Below the pieces are notes generated by a model that was not told the origin of the DNA, did no database searches, and saw nothing but the letters and a program-made list of their open reading frames with translations. Shown piece by piece: positions 62,189-64,000 of a stretch of 64,000 bases of DNA; the first letter of the stretch is position 1; each line of letters begins with the position of its first letter. The position numbers and the translations under genes were made by a program. This DNA is from Schizochytrium sp. TIO01. Taxonomy: Eukaryota > Protista > Bigyra: Labyrinthulomycetes. The stretch spans positions 6,790,483 through 6,854,482 of the forward strand of contig SMSO01000032.1 of NCBI GenBank assembly GCA_004764695.1, in the 5' to 3' direction.

Positions 62189-64000
62189 GGATTCCGACGC
62201 TCTTTGTCCCTCTCCGTTTGCCAATCTTTCTGTGCGTCTGCAAACGAGCACGAACGGATAACCATGAGCAAACAAACAAGCAAATAAACAAACGAACGAA
62301 CGAACGAACGAACGAGCGAACGAATAGAATTTCTGAAGAGAGTCTCGAGTCTCGATGTATTATGTCATAGATTGCTGATGGATGAACATGTGGCATTCAT
62401 TCAGACATTCTTCCCGGGAGATCGTCGTTGAGGCAGAAGAAACGGGGCTCGGGCGTGCTGGAAGGCATGCGCAGGAGTCAAGCACGAAAGACCTGACAGG
62501 CCAGTTATGTTGGGAATGATTAGATTACATCGCTTTCCTCTGACAAGAACCAGAATCCAAGATACCTGCCCTTCCTACTTCCTTGGTTATACTTTTTTTT
62601 TAAACCACACACCATCTTTTCGAATAATACATGCTATTATGCTCTTTTCTTTTCTTTTCTTTTCTTTTCTTTTCTTTTCTTTTCTTTCCACCCCTAGCTA
62701 TGAGGTGAATGGGAACTTGAGTTTAATGCAAAACCAAAAAATTGAAAAGTTTACTATTAAAACAAATTGTAATTATATCTTTTTTCAATTAAAGAAAATG
62801 CGGGGTTCGAAAGACCTAAGTTGAAAGAGAGATATATATATCTACTGTGGTAGTAGTTAGAGAACTTTCTTTTAGAAAATGTATTGAAAGACAAGCAGGC
62901 CTCCCAATGACACTAATGGAAACACTAAGGCAAGCAAGCAAGCAGCAAACAAATAAACGAACTCCGTCTTGGCATGATGGGTGCTTTCCCCATCGATCAT
63001 CGCAGGCCATGTCTTATTCGTGCCAGAGCTCACGTTGCAGAATTTTATTTGTTGTGGCCTCAAAATCAGACAGGACAAGAAGAACCTAGCTAGCTAGATA
63101 TCTAGAGTGAGTGGGTGAGTGGGTATCAATGTAAGTAAATAAAAAGTGCAAGTATATATTTGACATCCTTTGTCGTGACAAATCGTGGCGCAACAGCTCT
63201 CGCTCTTCTGCTGCTCCCTCTTTCTAAAAATTGCCTTTAACAATTTAAAATATAAAATAGAAAATATTTAAAATATATATAATAATAATAAAACATGAGA
63301 ATTCATCATATTTACAAAAACCACGTTCTCATTTTTATCTTTTCTAACTTTGAACTCTATTCTTCATTCTTATTCAAAGCTCCTTCTGCAAAAGGTTCAA
63401 CTCGCCGCAAGAGCGTTTCTTACTTAGCTCCTCTGCTTTGATATTTCGAACGAGGGACGCTCGAGCCGAGGCAATTGGGCGCTCCGTGGGTACGTCTTGG
63501 AGCTAGCTTAAAACCTGACTGACGATGGCTTTCGATCGAAGGCTCGCATCATCTACCTTCAATCCGATGCGGAGCAATGGGAAGCCGGAGGCAGAAAGAT
63601 GCCGAAGAATTTAGGTAGGTAGGTACTTCTTTATTAGGTGCGCAGCCCCACCATTGCACTGAGAGGATCGCTGAGCGGCCTTCTGGTATGTATAAACTCC
63701 AAGAAATGCCTCGCTTCCTGCAACAGCGATGTACGCAAGATGTTCAGGATCGCCATGAATTTGATGGGCATTCCAACTTGGAATTCCAAGCTCAGTGGCA
63801 TCGAGCAGGACGATGCGCCTGCACTTCTTTCGACTGATGCTGGCAGAAGAAGAAGAAGAAGAACTTGCAGACGAAGAAGTACTCTTGGTTTTTGTTCGTG
63901 TGTCCGTGCTTTACACAGCCTCGCTCTTGATGGCTTGGAAGAACCGGCGGCTCAAAACTCTTCTGGAGAAAACCTATCGATCAGATCGGGAAAGGAATAA

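Overview
Eukaryotic nuclear DNA, not prokaryotic. It has intron-poor genes, two short GT-AG introns and long microsatellite-rich intergenic tracts. The style is consistent with a stramenopile protist such as a thraustochytrid, which is an inference only. Eight intact protein-coding genes lie in the first 33 kb: (1) a Costars + CCDC53-like + Pro/Gly-rich protein, (2) a two-exon TMEM42-like protein, (3) a multi-pass membrane protein whose core resembles an uncharacterised bacterial family, (4) a PDP-type PP2C phosphatase with a ~190-aa insert, (5) a class II eIF4E (4EHP-like), (6) a TMCO4/DUF726 protein with substituted catalytic residues, (7) a long disordered protein with an EF-hand/p25alpha-like core and (8) an atypical AGC-like kinase. 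Two spacers carry heavily decayed gene relics found by manual translation: F-box/LRR-like at ~18.8-20.0 kb and MORN + protein-kinase-like at ~29.6-31.0 kb. A ~10 kb tract (5.8-15.9 kb) and a >=31 kb tract (33-64 kb) contain no recognisable gene. Both lie 5' of signalling genes and alternate AT-rich linkers, microsatellites, (AGCT)n tracts and GC-rich islands. No rRNA, tRNA, CRISPR array or intact transposon was found. All family assignments come from recalled motifs; no database search was run.
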